A stretch of 64,000 nt of DNA, taken from assembly GCF_026571515.1 (NCBI RefSeq), contig NW_026861111.1, forward strand, positions 1 through 64,000. Direction: 5' to 3'. Position numbers and translations under genes: made by a program. Every line of letters starts with the position of its first letter. Position 1 is the first letter of the stretch. Below the pieces are notes generated by a model. The model searched no databases. It saw only the letters and a list, made by a program, of their open reading frames with translations, and was not told the DNA's origin. Source of the DNA: Ruditapes philippinarum (lineage: Eukaryota). Shown one piece after another: positions 1-14,600 of the stretch.

Positions 1-290
1 TTTTTACATTGTGTTCAGTTTATTAGCTGTATTCCTATAGAAACTATTTACATAAATTAACTTCGTTCTTGTTCGTTAATATGAGTGCCTGATATGATAA
101 TGTTGCCCCCTTAAATCAAAGCTAGATGTGATACATGTACAATGGAATAATGTGTTTACTATTTATTTCTTATATATCTTAGGGGTAAACTTTCATTTTC
201 GATAAAGCAGTAAAAATGAAAAAATCGAATTTGATAATGCATACATAAACAAAATCCATGTTGATGTTTCCTCTGTAATTCCCGTCTCAG

Positions 291-510
291 ATACTTATTC
301 GACTAAGTTCTCCAGCTCTGAATATTCAGCACACGATTGCCGGTTTCAAAGTTTGCCCTCTAGATCCAGAGGAACAGAAAAGGGTTCAAGAAGAAATGGA
401 AAAATGGGAGGACGTTATTGATCAATTGAGAGAAGACGTGACAGGTGTAACAGAAAGGGTTACTGTAGTGGAGGAAACCCAAGAGGAGATCAAAAGACGA
501 CTAGATGAAG
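291..510 (+). CDS. NLR-like gene, internal exon: probable C-terminal end of a DZIP3-type HEPN domain plus coiled coil
   Basis: Acceptor cccgtctcag|ata and donor gaag|gtctgt; 220 nt open, phase 0 to 1. Translates ILIRLSSPALNIQHTIAGFKVCPLDPEEQKRVQEEMEKWEDVIDQLREDVTGVTERVTVVEETQEEIKRRLDE. The L-x-RL...PLDPEE...W pattern recalls the end of HEPN_DZIP3 domains (from memory, not searched). Earlier exons lie left of the window. Confidence 0.75.
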
Positions 511-1028
511 GTCTGTTATTCGTTACTTTTGTTCGTATATCAAAGTGAAAATTAAGTAAACGGCATTAGAATGTTGAATGTTAATCCTAAGCAAAATAAT
601 GAGGACATGCTGGAATATATGACATGGTGGCGTGGTGAAATAAAATATCATACTATTCAAAACTGAGCGATTATGACGATGAACTAATGAGATCTATAAT
701 TAATGAGTTACAAAATATCTCTCTTCAATACCTTATCAAATATGTTATTGGAAAATTAAAGAAGTTTTTGCCACTAATATCGCTTACTACAAATTGCTAA
801 AAACGCTAGAGCTTGAATCATCATATTAATCCCATCATATCGAAAATCTGTTTTCATTAATAATCATAAATGGCTTTCAATATCTTGTATCGAAATGTAG
901 AATACTGTTCCTTTCAAAGTTTTGTTAACATGTTTATTTTATTAGTCTCGTACAATTAGAAAATAATAATATCATCAACAATAATCATGGCATAAACGGA
1001 TTACATGATTATCTGTTTGATAACGCAG

Positions 1029-1079
1029 GTGTGTCTTCTATGCAGACAGAGGAGGAAACATATCAAAAACGCAAGAAGG
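1029..1079 (+). CDS. NLR-like gene, 51-nt exon
   Basis: taacgcag|gt...aagaagg|gtatgt; phase 1-1; (G)VSSMQTEEETYQKRKK. Joins in frame to both 291-510 and 17115. Confidence 0.75.
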
Positions 1080-2076
1080 GTATGTACATATAGCTGCACT
1101 TCTATATCAAACAATAAGTGTAAGTAAATATTAATGAATTTATAAATCATCCAAGAAGTGTGAGTAAATATTGATGTACTTCTATGTCAAGCCAGAACGG
1201 TAAGTTAATATCGCTGTTGTTATAAAGCAAGAATTGTAAGAAAATATTGATTTCCTTCCATATCAAGCAAGAAGGGTAAATATATATATTTATATATATA
1301 TGTCCTGTATCAAGCAAGAAGGTTAGCAATTATTCATCTATATCAATCAAGAAGTGTAAATAAATATGAATGTCCTTCTATATCAAGCAAGAAGGTTAGT
1401 AAATATTTATGTTCTTCTATATCAAGCAAGAATAGTAATTATATAAAGATGTGCTTCTTGATCAAGCAAGAAGGATGAGCTAATATTGACGCACTTTGAT
1501 ATGATGGAAAAAGGGTAAGTAAATTTTAATGTACTTCTATATCAAACAAGTAGTGTAAGTTAATATTGATGTACATCTACATCAAGCAAGAAGGGTCAGT
1601 AGATATTGATGTTCTTTCATATGAGGCAAGAAGTTTAAGTAAATATTGGCTAATTTATGACACACAAAACAGGTAAGTTAATAATGTTGTATTTCTATAT
1701 CAAACAGAAAGGGTGAGTTAATATTGATGTACTTCGATATCAAGCAAAAGGGAAAGTAAATTTTAATGTACTTCTATATCAAATAAGTAATGTGAGTAAA
1801 TATTGATGTACATCTACATCAAGCAAGAAGGGTCAGTAGATATTGATGTACTTCCATATCAAACAAGAAGTGTAAGTAAATATTGTCTTATTTATGTCAA
1901 ACAGAAAGGGTGAGTAAATATTGATATCTTCGATATCAAGCAAAAGGGTAAGTAGATTTTAATGAACTTCTATATCAAACAAATAATTTGAGTAAATATT
2001 GATGTACATCTACATCAAGTAAGAAGGGTCAGTAAATACTGTTGTAATTCTATATCAAACAAGAAGGGTGAGAAAA
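1060..2076 (+). repeat. ~40-bp minisatellite (~25 copies) built from the exon 3' end plus splice donor
   Basis: Consensus about cttctatatcaagcaagaagg-gtaagt-aaatattgatgta. The first unit is the real junction tatcaaaaacgcaagaagg|gtatgtacatatagctgcac. About two more degenerate units follow the mariner insertion (3425-3500). Confidence 0.9.
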
Positions 2077-2078
2077 TA

Positions 2079-3422
2079 CGAGGGGTGTCCCAGAATTACG
2101 TGGACTTTTGCTGTAACTTAAAAACTACTGAAAATAAAAACAAACAAAATTAACATGAACAAAATGCAACTTTATTGCATTAGTACAAAAAATTTCAAAG
2201 TTGTCCGTCAACTGGATCAGTGTCTGTGGGCAGGGTAATGAGACAAGGGGTAGCGGGTGCGGGGCAGTCCATTCCGACGTTACGCCGTCATTCCGGTGGC
2301 GTCGCTAGTTGTTAATAAATGCGTGGCGTCGAACGCACAAGATCTCGCGGTAACACCTGACAAATAGACAATTTATCTACTAAGTAAGCGATATTGTACA
2401 TATACTTAATCTGCAAATAATAATAATAATAATAATATAATAATAATAATAAAGCATACTATTAACTTTTGTTACGATAATAGTGTTAAAGACGACGGTG
2501 ATAATGCTGACGCCGTATCATTTTTATTATTCTTTTTATTATTATTATTATCATTATTATTGTGGAGTTTATTTTATAAGCAAAGACAATGTGCGTTAAC
2601 AAGGGAAATAACCTATCATGCGCACTGCTTACTATAGCAGTTTGAGTTCACTTTCTTAAAAGCTGGAGCGGATAAATTGCGTTTAAAATAATAAATTGTG
2701 ATTAGCTTAATTTTCATCAAAGTCATTTTTTTAAACACAAAATTATTGCTTACCCTTCAATAGCACTCAGCAGTGTAACGCCTGTCCCGATCTATGACGT
2801 CCTTGACTTCCTTAATTGACGCCGCAGTCAACGTTGACTTTCTCCCACGACCCTTGCCGTCTTCAATGTCCTCCCGGCCGTCTCGAAAACGCTTATGCCA
2901 CTTGAAAACGAGTGATCGACAAACAGGAGGTCTCACTTTTGCAGTCTCCAACATTTCTTGCGTCTGTGTTGGCGTCTTCCAAAGATTAACACAAAACTTG
3001 ATGATAGTCCTATGTTCCGCGTAATCCGTTGACGTCATTTTTTGTTAAATATCCAAGAGAAACGCTTATCAGTTGTCCGCTGGTAAACAATAACGGAAAC
3101 AGCTATGACATCAAAATTTCAAACGAACGTTCATATGACGTCACTGCATATGCTTACGACGTCGCGTCATTTTTACGTATAAAAACGCAAGATATACGAA
3201 AGTAAAGACAACTTATTAATACAAAATATTGGACTGTCCCGTCCTGCGCATACTGCGTTACTATAGCGACGTAAAATATAGAGAAGCAATGTTAGAAATT
3301 AAAAAATAATGAACATATTCATTAAAGATATGTTAAAGGTATTGTGTACAAATTTGCTAAAAAATGCATTAAAAATAAAAAAAGTTATAGCAAAAGTCCA
3401 TGTAATTCTGGGACACCCCTCG
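2079..3422 (-). mobile_element. Non-autonomous mariner (Tc1/mariner) deletion derivative
   Basis: ~41-bp TIRs (cgaggggtgtcccagaattac[g/a]tggacttttgct[g/a]taactt) with TA target duplications at 2077-78 and 3423-24. Inserted into the minisatellite. Confidence 0.92.
2757..3038 (-). pseudogene. Mariner transposase N-terminal HTH region only (no DDD catalytic domain)
   Basis: R-x-IIKFCVNL-x-KTPTQT...VFKWHKRFRDGREDIED-x-x-GRGRK is the typical mariner DNA-binding region. The ORF stops at 93 aa. Confidence 0.85.
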
Positions 3423-5508
3423 TATTGATCTTTTTTCTATAAATAGCAAGGAGAGTCAGAAAATATTTGTATTTTTAAATCAAGCAAAAAGAGTACTTAA
3501 AACACACTTTGGATGTTTCAATACGAATATTACTTTTCATAACAATGAATTTCCTAAACACATAACATTCTAAAAAGAACAACAAGTTAAGGGAAAGGGG
3601 TGTTGATTTTTTGATAATATCAAACTTTTTATCCGACCTTCTGTTCAGAAATGATCATTTGTTCTGCATTATAATCAACAAAAACAAGAAGCATTGTGAG
3701 AAAATGGGAACATAAAAAAACTAATAATTCTTATAGTCGATATTTAAATATTTTGCTAAATTTTAATACATTTCACAATATTCATCCGAAATAAAGATTT
3801 CCTTGAAATTGAAGCCCCTTTGGTATGGTTTAAAAACTTGTAAGTGTAATAAAGCAATACATGCCCGATAGAACTTGCAACACAATTATGTAATGTGTCA
3901 ATTTTTTTTGTCCATCTGTATTGAATTTCATTTACGAGTTATATCATGAGTCTATTATACATTGTGAGTACAATACTGACTTCTATTAGACAAGTACACA
4001 GCTGTCAAAACTATATTGGACGAGGCGCTGGCCGAGTCTGGTAGAGGTGTTGCTGCTGTGTACGCTTCTATGTAGGCCGGGGTACATCACGTTGTGCACA
4101 AAACGAAATCATATATAAATTATCAATGCGGACGGCACTTGCAACTAACTTTTGGCTTGCGTTCCTGATGCATGCTATTGTTGTTGTCCTTTTTTGGGTG
4201 CATTTCTATTGGTTGTCTTTTACGAAAATCATTAATTTTATTTTGTCAACAATAAGCAGGACTCCATTTAAATTATTTATGCGGACGTCTTTTCAAGTTT
4301 GGCATTATATAGTTTCAATATGTTCCATTTATTTATATCAGTGCAAATACAAAATATCAATCAATAGGTAGTTTATTTTTTTACGAAAAGGTTTGTTAAT
4401 GAAAATACGAATGACCAACATATAACAACTGTCGAAGATCGGACTCATTAAAGCTCAAAATGCGCGCTCAGCTGCCATAATGAAATCTCAGATGTCTAAC
4501 GTGTGTTATTCCTAATATGAGGGCGCCAAATACCAATTTGGACAAAGTAATTTAGATAAAAAGTTCTGAAACCAACCAAATTCGACGTAATTTCATCATG
4601 CAATATGTAAAACCGTACTGTAGTTTCATTTTTACAATGATTGAGGCTGCAATTACACTTAAAGCGTGGCCACGTAATGACCGTCGCGTGGCCACGTGTA
4701 CCTTTCGCGTGCGCATGTTAAAGCTTTTGGGTCATCACGTTATGCTGTAGCTTGGGAACGTATAAAACGTCGCACGCGCAGGTTTTGCTATGTCTCTAAG
4801 TGCCACCGCACCTCTGACAAGGTTAATTTACCATATGTCACACGATAGTCACCTCTGATTCATACAGAGTAGTTGGAATTTATTTGCGGAGAACAGGTCG
4901 AGAATCACTTCCTACCGCTATGAAAACTTTTACAGGTAGTGTTTAAGTAAAAATTAAATAATATATCCCGACAAAACATTTTATTAAAGATACCCCATTG
5001 TGTCTTTTATATAATTTTTCGAGATAAATTTTCAATTTGATTAAAAGTTTATTTGCAAACTTTCAGAAAATTTGTCACTCTGTTTTTTTCAAAGCTGATC
5101 TATGTAAAAGCTTTAATTTCTATGTACTAAAATTTTTGAACCTTAGTAGTCTTAATGATAAAATCACTGCTGGGGATATGCGATTTAGACACGACATCAA
5201 CAAATAATTGCTGCCGATATAGATCTGATATAAAGCTAAATTGTGACTGATTTGTTTCCGTACTGATTTTCAGCACGTCGCATTTTGTAATGAATACGTC
5301 ACATGTTAAAATATTACTTAAGACCGATGGGGTTATTTCAATGAAAAGAATCCCGATTTCAACTTCAAGAATTCACGATTTCAACACAGGGCATTCTTCA
5401 TCTTTTACTTTCTCCGTATAATGAAAATATAATATATCATTTAATTAAAAGGGATACATGTTTCTTCCCCTTTTGATTGCGAATGCCCATGTAAATGAAC
5501 ACGTCTGC

Positions 5509-6114
5509 TTTTAGTGTCGCCTTCAAAAAGCGACATATATGGGTTACTTTGAAGTCGGTGTCGTTGTCGGAGTTGGTGTCGGCGTCGGCGTCCCCCTATG
5601 GCTTGTTCGGAGCATATATCAGTCACTTTAAGTCGGATTGACTCTAAACTTGGTATGGATGCTTCTTTTAATAACCCGAAGTGCAGTGCACAAGAACCGT
5701 TACTCTTAACTTATCAATTTTTGAGTTATTGCCCTTTGTTAATTTTCATACTTGAATTTTGTCTGGACCATTTCTCCTAAGATATTGGAACTTCATAGAA
5801 TGATGGATTTCATTGAGATGAAGTGCAGTGCACAAAAACTGCTACTTCATGATGTTTGTGTCATTGCCCTTTGTTGATTTTCTTACTTTATTTTATCTCG
5901 GCCATTTCACCTAAACTATAAAAGCTATGAATTTGAATCTTCATAGGATGATAGGTCTCATTCAGAAGAAGTGCATTGCACAAGAACTGGTACTCTGCTT
6001 TTCTTATTTTTTTGAGTTATTGTCCTTTATAAATAACCTATATTTAAGAAGAAAATGCCTTAGTGACAACTATACTGTTGAAAGGCGACACATCCGACTC
6101 ATGGAGTTCTAGTT
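5509..6114 (+). mobile_element. Non-autonomous Helentron-type (HINE/pearl-like) element
   Basis: Sub-terminal inverted repeats tgtcgcctt...aaggcgaca, a (gtcggc)-type microsatellite near the 5' end, ~3 internal core repeats (aagtgcagtgcacaagaac...gagttattgccctttg), and a 3' hairpin followed by ctagtt. Confidence 0.7.
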
Positions 6115-9100
6115 CGCTTTTTTTTCCACCTCTGTTCCATAGGTGTTCGGCGCGTTGATTGGACACTACCCCCGGGCCCCCCTCACCCACTTTACAACCC
6201 TCCTACCTGTCAAAGCCATGTAAACTGCAGTATTATTTCATTTGAAACATGGTTTTAAATTTGGTATTTGCTTCAATTTAATTTCCTTCGTTTCCAACAA
6301 AAATAAAAAAAAGATACAAATGTACATATATATTTAGTAAATGTATGCAATTTGCCGCTCATTTTTCAGCACTCATCTTAATATGAACACCATAACTCCA
6401 ATATTTTTACCAATTTCAAAATCTTGGTACCAAATGGTAAGGAATTGATTACTCTTAAAGGAAATAAATCTGTCATTACAATCATTTCAAGTTATAAAAA
6501 GATATGTAATCTCGAAGTCACCGCAAATGTATGTCGACAGAGACCTGACCGCTAGGTTTTTGTCAAAATTACTCTACTAAACGGCAGTTTATTCGAAATG
6601 AATGAATATTTTTTTTGTATTGCCCATTTATATATATATATGATAAAATTATATTGTTGTTTGTAATAACTGTTCAATCAAAACATCATATGAAAGTATA
6701 ACAATTATAATTATTCCCAAGATGACATAACCGTTGTATGTAACTAAGCAATTATTGTTGTGGTTATCTCCCCTTTACCAGCATGCAAAAGTAAATTGAA
6801 TGAAAGATATATCAATGTACTTTAAGACGGATGATCCGATCCAAACAATTGACATTTATCTTGCTTCTTTAAATCTAGCTGGTTAAATACTGTAAAAAAG
6901 GTTATGCAAAGGTTATGCTTAGAAAACAATAATATGTTGAGCAAGAGGCTTTTGTGTCAATTTTTAAAGAGATATACGCCTCAATATTTAAGGTTTTGAA
7001 CGGTTTCTAACGTTTAATCATTAAAAAGTAAAGTCAAATGTTGAACGTCTGCCTTTTTCAAATATCATTATTTTAGTTTTAGTTGTGTTTACTTTCAAAT
7101 TCCATTTTTGACAGAACGTATCTAAATCATTTACCATCGGGTGCATTGGCAAATAAAGCAGTCTCGCAAAAGGTAGCAGAAATAATGTTATGTCATGTAC
7201 GGCAAAAATTCGTCAATGTTACAATTTATGTTATGAATTATGTCGTTAACGAAAAATAAAAATAAAAGACTTGAACTGGGATCACCTTGTTTTGCACATA
7301 TGTTTATGTTAGAATTATATAACTCTTTATTATACCTTACTGCTGAATATATCAATTTAGTTTTTGAAAATGCTCAAGCTTTCAGAACAGTATTGTTTAG
7401 CATTATTGATCTAAGACTGATTCATTTCGGAAGCCTTTTCTTTATTTCCGTAATTAGTTATTACTTACGCGTTGGCTGTAAATTATAGTATAGTGGTCCA
7501 TAATTAAATCAATCATTAGGCACGGTAGCCTAATGGTAAGTACGACATAATCGTAGTTATACAAGTTCGAATCCTCGACAACCCATTTTTACAATTTCTT
7601 TAACAGATCATTTCTTACTTTTTAATTATTTGCGGAACAAAGTAAAATAATATCGGTGTGAAATTATTGAAAGGTCATAACGTTAATTAATACATGTAAA
7701 TGTTTAAATATATAATATATCTTTACAACACATGTGTATGATAATGTAAAGTCTTTCAGTCGTACAATGAGTGATTCGCATGCTCAACCATATAAGTTTA
7801 AAGTTTCGTTAATATATATAAAAGAAATGAAAATATATAAAAAAGAAAATGTAAAAAAAATATTGATTTGATTCGAACCAACAACCTTCATTTTGGGAAA
7901 GACGCTAGTAAGGCAAATGTTTCACAGTAAGTTCAATATTGCCGAACAATAAATAAGTTAACACTTTTAGAAACACTAAATGGAATATTGCTGCGCAAGT
8001 TTAATTATCAAAAGATAGGAATTATCTTAAAATCCTGCCGTTTTGATTACGAATAAATATCTTTACACATTAGAGCTTTGAAATTCCCCGCTTTGTGTGT
8101 TTTTTTTTCTTCAAAAGATTTATTTGTTTGACAGGTTTGAAGTGATGCACTATTTATCAATTTGTCATTTCGCAGTTAATCGCATGCCTATTTCAAGGGA
8201 AAAATACAACGTCCCAAAGCGAATAATGTTCAAAGAGATGAAACACATAAAACCAAATTATAGCGTATTGTCAGCTCATTCAATAGTTATTTTCAAAATA
8301 AATCCCAATCGGTGGGAAGTGCTGGCGAAAAATTGGAGATTCGTACTGCCTGTTTTACGCGCATTATTGCGATGGTTTTTGGCACCCTTTAATGCTATTT
8401 CGAGCCATATGAGTTAAAATCTTTAAATAGAACTAATGGCAGTTGTCGTCTCTTCATATGAAATAGCTATTAAAGTATGTTGGTTGCAGTTCACTTAGTA
8501 CATATGCGAAGCAATACCAATTTGTTTTCAAACTACAGTGTCCCTCTTGTGAAAAAAGTGAATCTCCTTAGTTACTTTTTGTTCGAGGGAGGGGAGAAGC
8601 GTGGGGAGATTTTTTTCAGGAATAGTGAGATAATATATTATCTTTAAAGAGGTGTATACGTTGGCCCTAGAAAGCACTGTTCTTGTACAAAGGGACTTAA
8701 ATTGACATATAATTATACACAGACACTTTGGAAAGAGACCGTGACCCCTTTGATCTGGGTCTTAAACTTAACACATTGTCAACACTATTTAATATCCGCT
8801 TTATGATCTGTTGTTGACATGAAGCAGTGATGTAAGGACATGCAGAACTAATTCAGTAAATAATTTTCCTCCTCTGATTTAACATACATGCAAGTGAATG
8901 TGCCAAAAAATACGATTAAGTTAAGACAAGTAGCATAGTTAAATGTTTACAAATTATGCCCCTAGGGTGGTTAAAACTGGATGCACACCCAAATGGCCAG
9001 TTGTTATGCATGTAGAAATAATTATAAATTCTTTTTTATTATATTAAGAACTACTGCATAACAAAGGATTTTCATTTTTGCCGTCGTAATTTTTTAAATC

Positions 9101-11653
9101 TCAAAGCTAACGGTATTTATAAAGCAGTTCATTTCGGAATTTGTATACAGGTGAGCGACTTAACTTACGATTGTCTATTTTATGTCCGTAAAGTATACAG
9201 ATAACACATATACAGTTACTGTACGTTTAGGATAATTATTTAGTGACGCGGTTGTCAAGTCCATATTACGGTGTAAAAACAGTTATCATATTGTGTTTAT
9301 TATCATAAGGCACGCATGCTTGCTGTATAAATTTAAATATCGGCAAAATAATCAACTGGTAGGTAAGGTTTTCAGTTAATCTTATTTTTGAATATCAATG
9401 CAAGACTAGTTCGGATTGTACTTTTTCCACGAAAATAATCTCTGTAAATAAAAAATCAAATACGAATATAATATTTTTTTGACGTAAAGAAATGTCAAGT
9501 GGTGTTTTAATTTCTATTAACTTCTCATTTTAATATTTTTTTCAAAAGTTATATCTAGAAAGTTGGTACAACCTTATACTGAATACTAAACAGAATAAAT
9601 ACATGTACACAAATTGTTTCAACTATAGTTCAGTTGGCACAAAATACTCGTGCACTGCACTGCACGGCACAAGTACTATGACTACTGCATACTAAACACT
9701 ACACAGGATAAAAAATATTATAACTTAAATTATTTAGATAATATTGTCACGATCTAGGCACGTGACGTTGCTGTCATCACTGTATAATTGGCTATAACAC
9801 CTTGCGCTGTATGTCACAATCTGGGCACGTGAAGTTGCTAACTTAGTCGAATAAATACTAAGTCTTGATTATAAGACTTATTAAATTATGTCACAATTTG
9901 GACATATGTCTCTGCTGCTGCTACGTTGATTATATTAAACTATTCCTATTATTTATAGTAAAACATCACATACAAAGTCGTTGTTAAGTTTATAACTTTT
10001 AATAAAGCACTTAGCTCAACTATTATAGATCAATAGTAAAACATGAAATATTTTTAACGCATTAATATCAATCACAGATTGATAATGTAATCATGCAATT
10101 CACTCAAGAGAAACTTAATTGATAATGTAATCTTGCTATTCACACAAGAGAAATTCACTCTTTAATTATTATATATTACCAAATGTACTTATTATTTAAT
10201 ATAACCAGTTGCTTTGCATCAGAAATATCACTTAAAACTTGTGTTAACAATTCTTAATAATTGCTGCCTTTAAACTTAAATAATTCACAACGCTTTTCTA
10301 ATTGTCAACATAAATCTTTATCACTAACAATTATAAAATATGTATAAATATTTGTTTAAAAATAAACAGCTTATCAAAACTCTGATGTGAATAAAAATGT
10401 CTATTTAGATAAAATAGCCCGCTTACTTTTAGTGTAAACTTAATTTTATTAAAGCTAACGAGAATTTAACCGAGCGTAGCTTTACGTTACAAATTCTAAC
10501 TTATGACTCCCTGAAATGCGGCAATCCCAGCCTATTTACACTAAATCTGCAACCGCAACCAAAATGCACCCCAAAAACTGACTGATCACCCCAGAAAATG
10601 GTTAAAGGTTAATGCACCCCAAAAATAGTCTGAGTCTGCTTGCAACCAAAGTGCACCCAAAGAAATGGTTGATCACCCGTAAAATTGGCTGCAGTCTTAA
10701 AGAATTTCCAGAGACTAATTTACTAGAAATAATGGCCATCTCGGTAAAGTCTACACTACTGGTTTAAAGAAGAAACTATACAACAGTGTCATGTACATTA
10801 GGCAGGTTTAAATTATCGATTTTCTACAGTACATATGTTCAACTGCACTTAGTTACCATAAACAAATACCACAATGCTTTGCAAACAACATGGCGTCAAT
10901 GTAAAAATAGTTAAATGTGTTTACAACAATTACTAACATTTCGAGTTAAGTACAATAATTTAAACCAAGTTATATGGTGCTAAGGAAACATAAACTGTTC
11001 ATTTCACTATTGCAATAAAACTTCGGCACAATGTTAAAGGATTTACGCAAGGAAGTAAACAAACAGTTTAAAATATACATGTCCGGACAATTCGGATACA
11101 GTTCAGCTGAAATCAGGGATCAACAAGGACCTCCACAAGCATGTACAGGCAAACCTAGTTAATAAGCTTCTTGTATGAGTGTATGTTTTGTCATTCTAAA
11201 GCGAAATATGCCTCATCTTGTGTTTTATAGCTGGTTATACCACAAAACATGTTTGTTAAGAATTAATGAAATGCACCTATATGCCAACGTGTCAGACTCA
11301 AGGTAAGTGAAATAATATTAACTTGTAAAACAATATATCATAACTACCCTAATTCTCCAATTCATTTGCATCTTTTGTAAAATTGGAAAAAAGGGGGAAA
11401 ATTAGACAACTTGTGAAGCCCAAGCTCGTAAAAGAATTTCAGATGTAATGCATTCCATGGCAAACTTTGCCATCAGGACATTTAAGATATTAATTTTATC
11501 TTGTATTGTATTGACTTTTGAAAAAAACCTGTTCTACCTATTCAGACAAAGATTGTTAACTTTTGTGTACACTAAAAATGCAACGTGACTTTCACTTTAT
11601 CATAGGGACACAGTATCATTTCATATAAAAAAAACACCATAATAAATTGATAT

Positions 11654-14600
11654 TATAGAACTGTCGCGATCGATTATAAAGGGATTAACAATACAAACAA
11701 TCGACTTACCTTCCACGTCTTGATCGTAACCAAGCTAGGAATTGCCTTGTTCTTCTTAATTATTTTCTACGCTAATATGGCGCCCAACTGTCAAACCTAA
11801 CGCACTACATGTAATTCTGGTTGGCTCGGAACATTCGTTAACTTCCGTCAACTCCTGTAAACATTACCATACGGTTCCTCCCGTCTTATTCTTTAGATGG
11901 GGTCTGTGGCTTTAGCAAGTTAACCAAGCAGTAACGCCTCTCTAATCCAAGGGCAGACAAGAGATTCATACCGGTTCTGGTACGAAAGACCATGATGCCA
12001 GAGGGCTGGACAACATGGCCTATTTGACTGAACCATACCAATTTCAGCCAAGCCTCAAACCAAGATACTCAATGGCTGTCAGATACTTTAGGAAAGCTAT
12101 GGAGTTTGTCCTCCTCAGCTGACAAGCTGAGTATGGCTTTCAGATTGTCTTCCTGATGTCTTTCTAGCATGTAAACCAAAGACATTAGACAGCGCCACTG
12201 CAACAAAACGGTCACAGCATTACCTTTAACCTTTGGAATGAGACCTTTGGGCAATGGCACCCTAAGAACCTCACAGAACTTTTTCACTGCTCTCCTGAGA
12301 TTCCTGGGAACACCAGCACCCTCCAGGTAAGTTACGAGGTCAAACATTGTGCTATTAAACCCAAATAACCACCTGCCACCAGCTTCAAAGCACTAATCCT
12401 TCTTTTCGTAATGCTTTCACCTGTCAAACACATCCAGAATATGCCAGTAAGATGGGCCTCCCAAGCATGTCTCTGGGTAAGATCCTCATAACATCCAGAC
12501 GCTGGGCACCTAGATTCTTGCTGGCCACACGGAATATCCTCTTAAATCTGTGCCAGCAACGGAACATCTACATGATCAGGAATGGCCCTGATATCAGATG
12601 TTTGGTATCTTTCGCAACCTTCACCAACCTTCTCTTCCCCTCCACTGAAGAGTTGACCTTCAGAGAGAGAACATGCTCAACGACCTTATTGGCAAGTACC
12701 GGCTGGCCATCTGCATCTGATTGGTTTTCATGAAAATCAATCCCGTAGATGACAGAAACCCTAGTACTCTGCTGACCACATAATCCGTAATCTGTAGACT
12801 CCAATGGTTTGGTTACCAACGGTACCACCTCATCTACATCTGTGAAGAAATTGACCCAATTGTTATGGGCTTTTTCACATCCATCACAAGGCAACCGATC
12901 CAGCCGAGCTCAAGCAATTCCACCTCGACATGTCCCATTTTGCAGTGGTATTTTTGACATTGCGTTAGCATTGGAATGCTCGCTACCCACACGATGTCTC
13001 TTCCAGCCATCTCCCCAGTTGCCCTTGTGGCTCCCTGAAATTCAGCAACCACAACAGACTTGAATGGTCAATCCTGACCACAAATTGTCTTCGTAGCAAG
13101 TAGTGTCGAAACTGTTTGGCGAACCGAGCTACTACTAGCAGCTCTTTCCTTGTCATACAATAACAATAATGCTCCTTGTTAAGAGCACAGCTACAAAATG
13201 CAATAACTTTATCTTGGCCATCTTGCACCTGCAAGAGTTCCGCTCCAATCGTATGATTGGAGGCGACGGTATTAAAGATAAATTCGTCATGTTGATTTGG
13301 CAACGCTAACACCAGAGGCTGCGTCAACAAGCACTTCAGTGTTCTGAATGCTTCTGTTTGTTCCTCGCCACAGACAAATTTGGCTTTGCCTCTGACGGCA
13401 TACAATGAGACCGCGTTCCTAGATAAGTCCTTTACAAACACTCTATGATTGTTAACCAACCCCATAAACCACTCTACCTGAATCGCACTGTTGGGAAGGA
13501 ACAAGCCAATCCTTCACCACTGCTATGTCATGTTCTGAAATAGCAATGCTGTCCTTTACGACATTAGAACTTTTCTTCAACAAAAGGATTAATTCCTTCG
13601 GCTTAAGCTTGAGCTTATTCCTCCGAAATCTTGAAAGGGCCTCCCGCAAGTTTGAGAGATTGTCCTCAAAATTACGTCCAATCACGATGATGTCATCTAA
13701 AAATGCCAGGACTGTCTTCCACGTCAAGAATCTGAGGACTAAGACCATTTCCCTGGCAACCACACAACCAAAGCCTTCTCTGATGTTCAACTGGATGTAG
13801 GCAGAGTTGGCATCCAATTTTGAAAACCAAACACTGCCACCAAATGTGTCAATGCAATCATCGACTAAAGGCAATGGATACACGTCTTTGACTGAAACCG
13901 TATTCATCTTCCTATAATCTATGCAATAATGCACAGAGCCGTTATGTTTTCAAATCAAACTTGAACAGACGCCCAATCGGATGTTGCATTTTTCCACCAG
14001 CCTTAGGCATTTCCTGAGGCTTGGCCTCTTCTTCCCATGCAAAGCACGCTGCCTTTTTCCTCGGTATCTGTGTCATATTCCTCATCAGTGAAGACACCAA
14101 GGTCAAGTTCACCCTTGATGAAGACATCATGAATTGCGCTATCTGAATTCGTTGTCTTTCATCAAGGTCCCCACAAGAGGTTTTGTACACCTCTTGTAAG
14201 TGTGGTGGCATTTCACCAATCACACTTGATGATATTTCTTCAAACACTTGGCCAAAGATGTTTTAACATCACAATCATTGATAACCTCACTGATAGCATA
14301 TTCCCTTCCTATCTTTGTTCAACTCCTGGCAAGCCAAAAGCTATCTGATGGATTGATCAGATTCAACTCAGGGGTTAAAATGCCTTCATGTAACACCCAG
14401 GGAGCCTTTTGGTTCACTGGTTCTTCGATGTATCTGGGCAGGGGAGAGTGTAGTCTACATCGAACTTTTGCAACAGAGTGTGGGGGAGGGGGCAACCTGT
14501 CTCTTGGATACTGTAACTGTAACCTTAGATACTAAGGGACTATCTGATGAATGGACATCTAGGGAGATGCGCATACAATCAAGGTAGAGCTCTGCCTTGC

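Noticed and set aside
7520-7585. tRNA-like A/B boxes (also at about 7870 and 22985-23030)
   Set aside because: No complete cloverleaf; these are decayed SINE or TE fragments.
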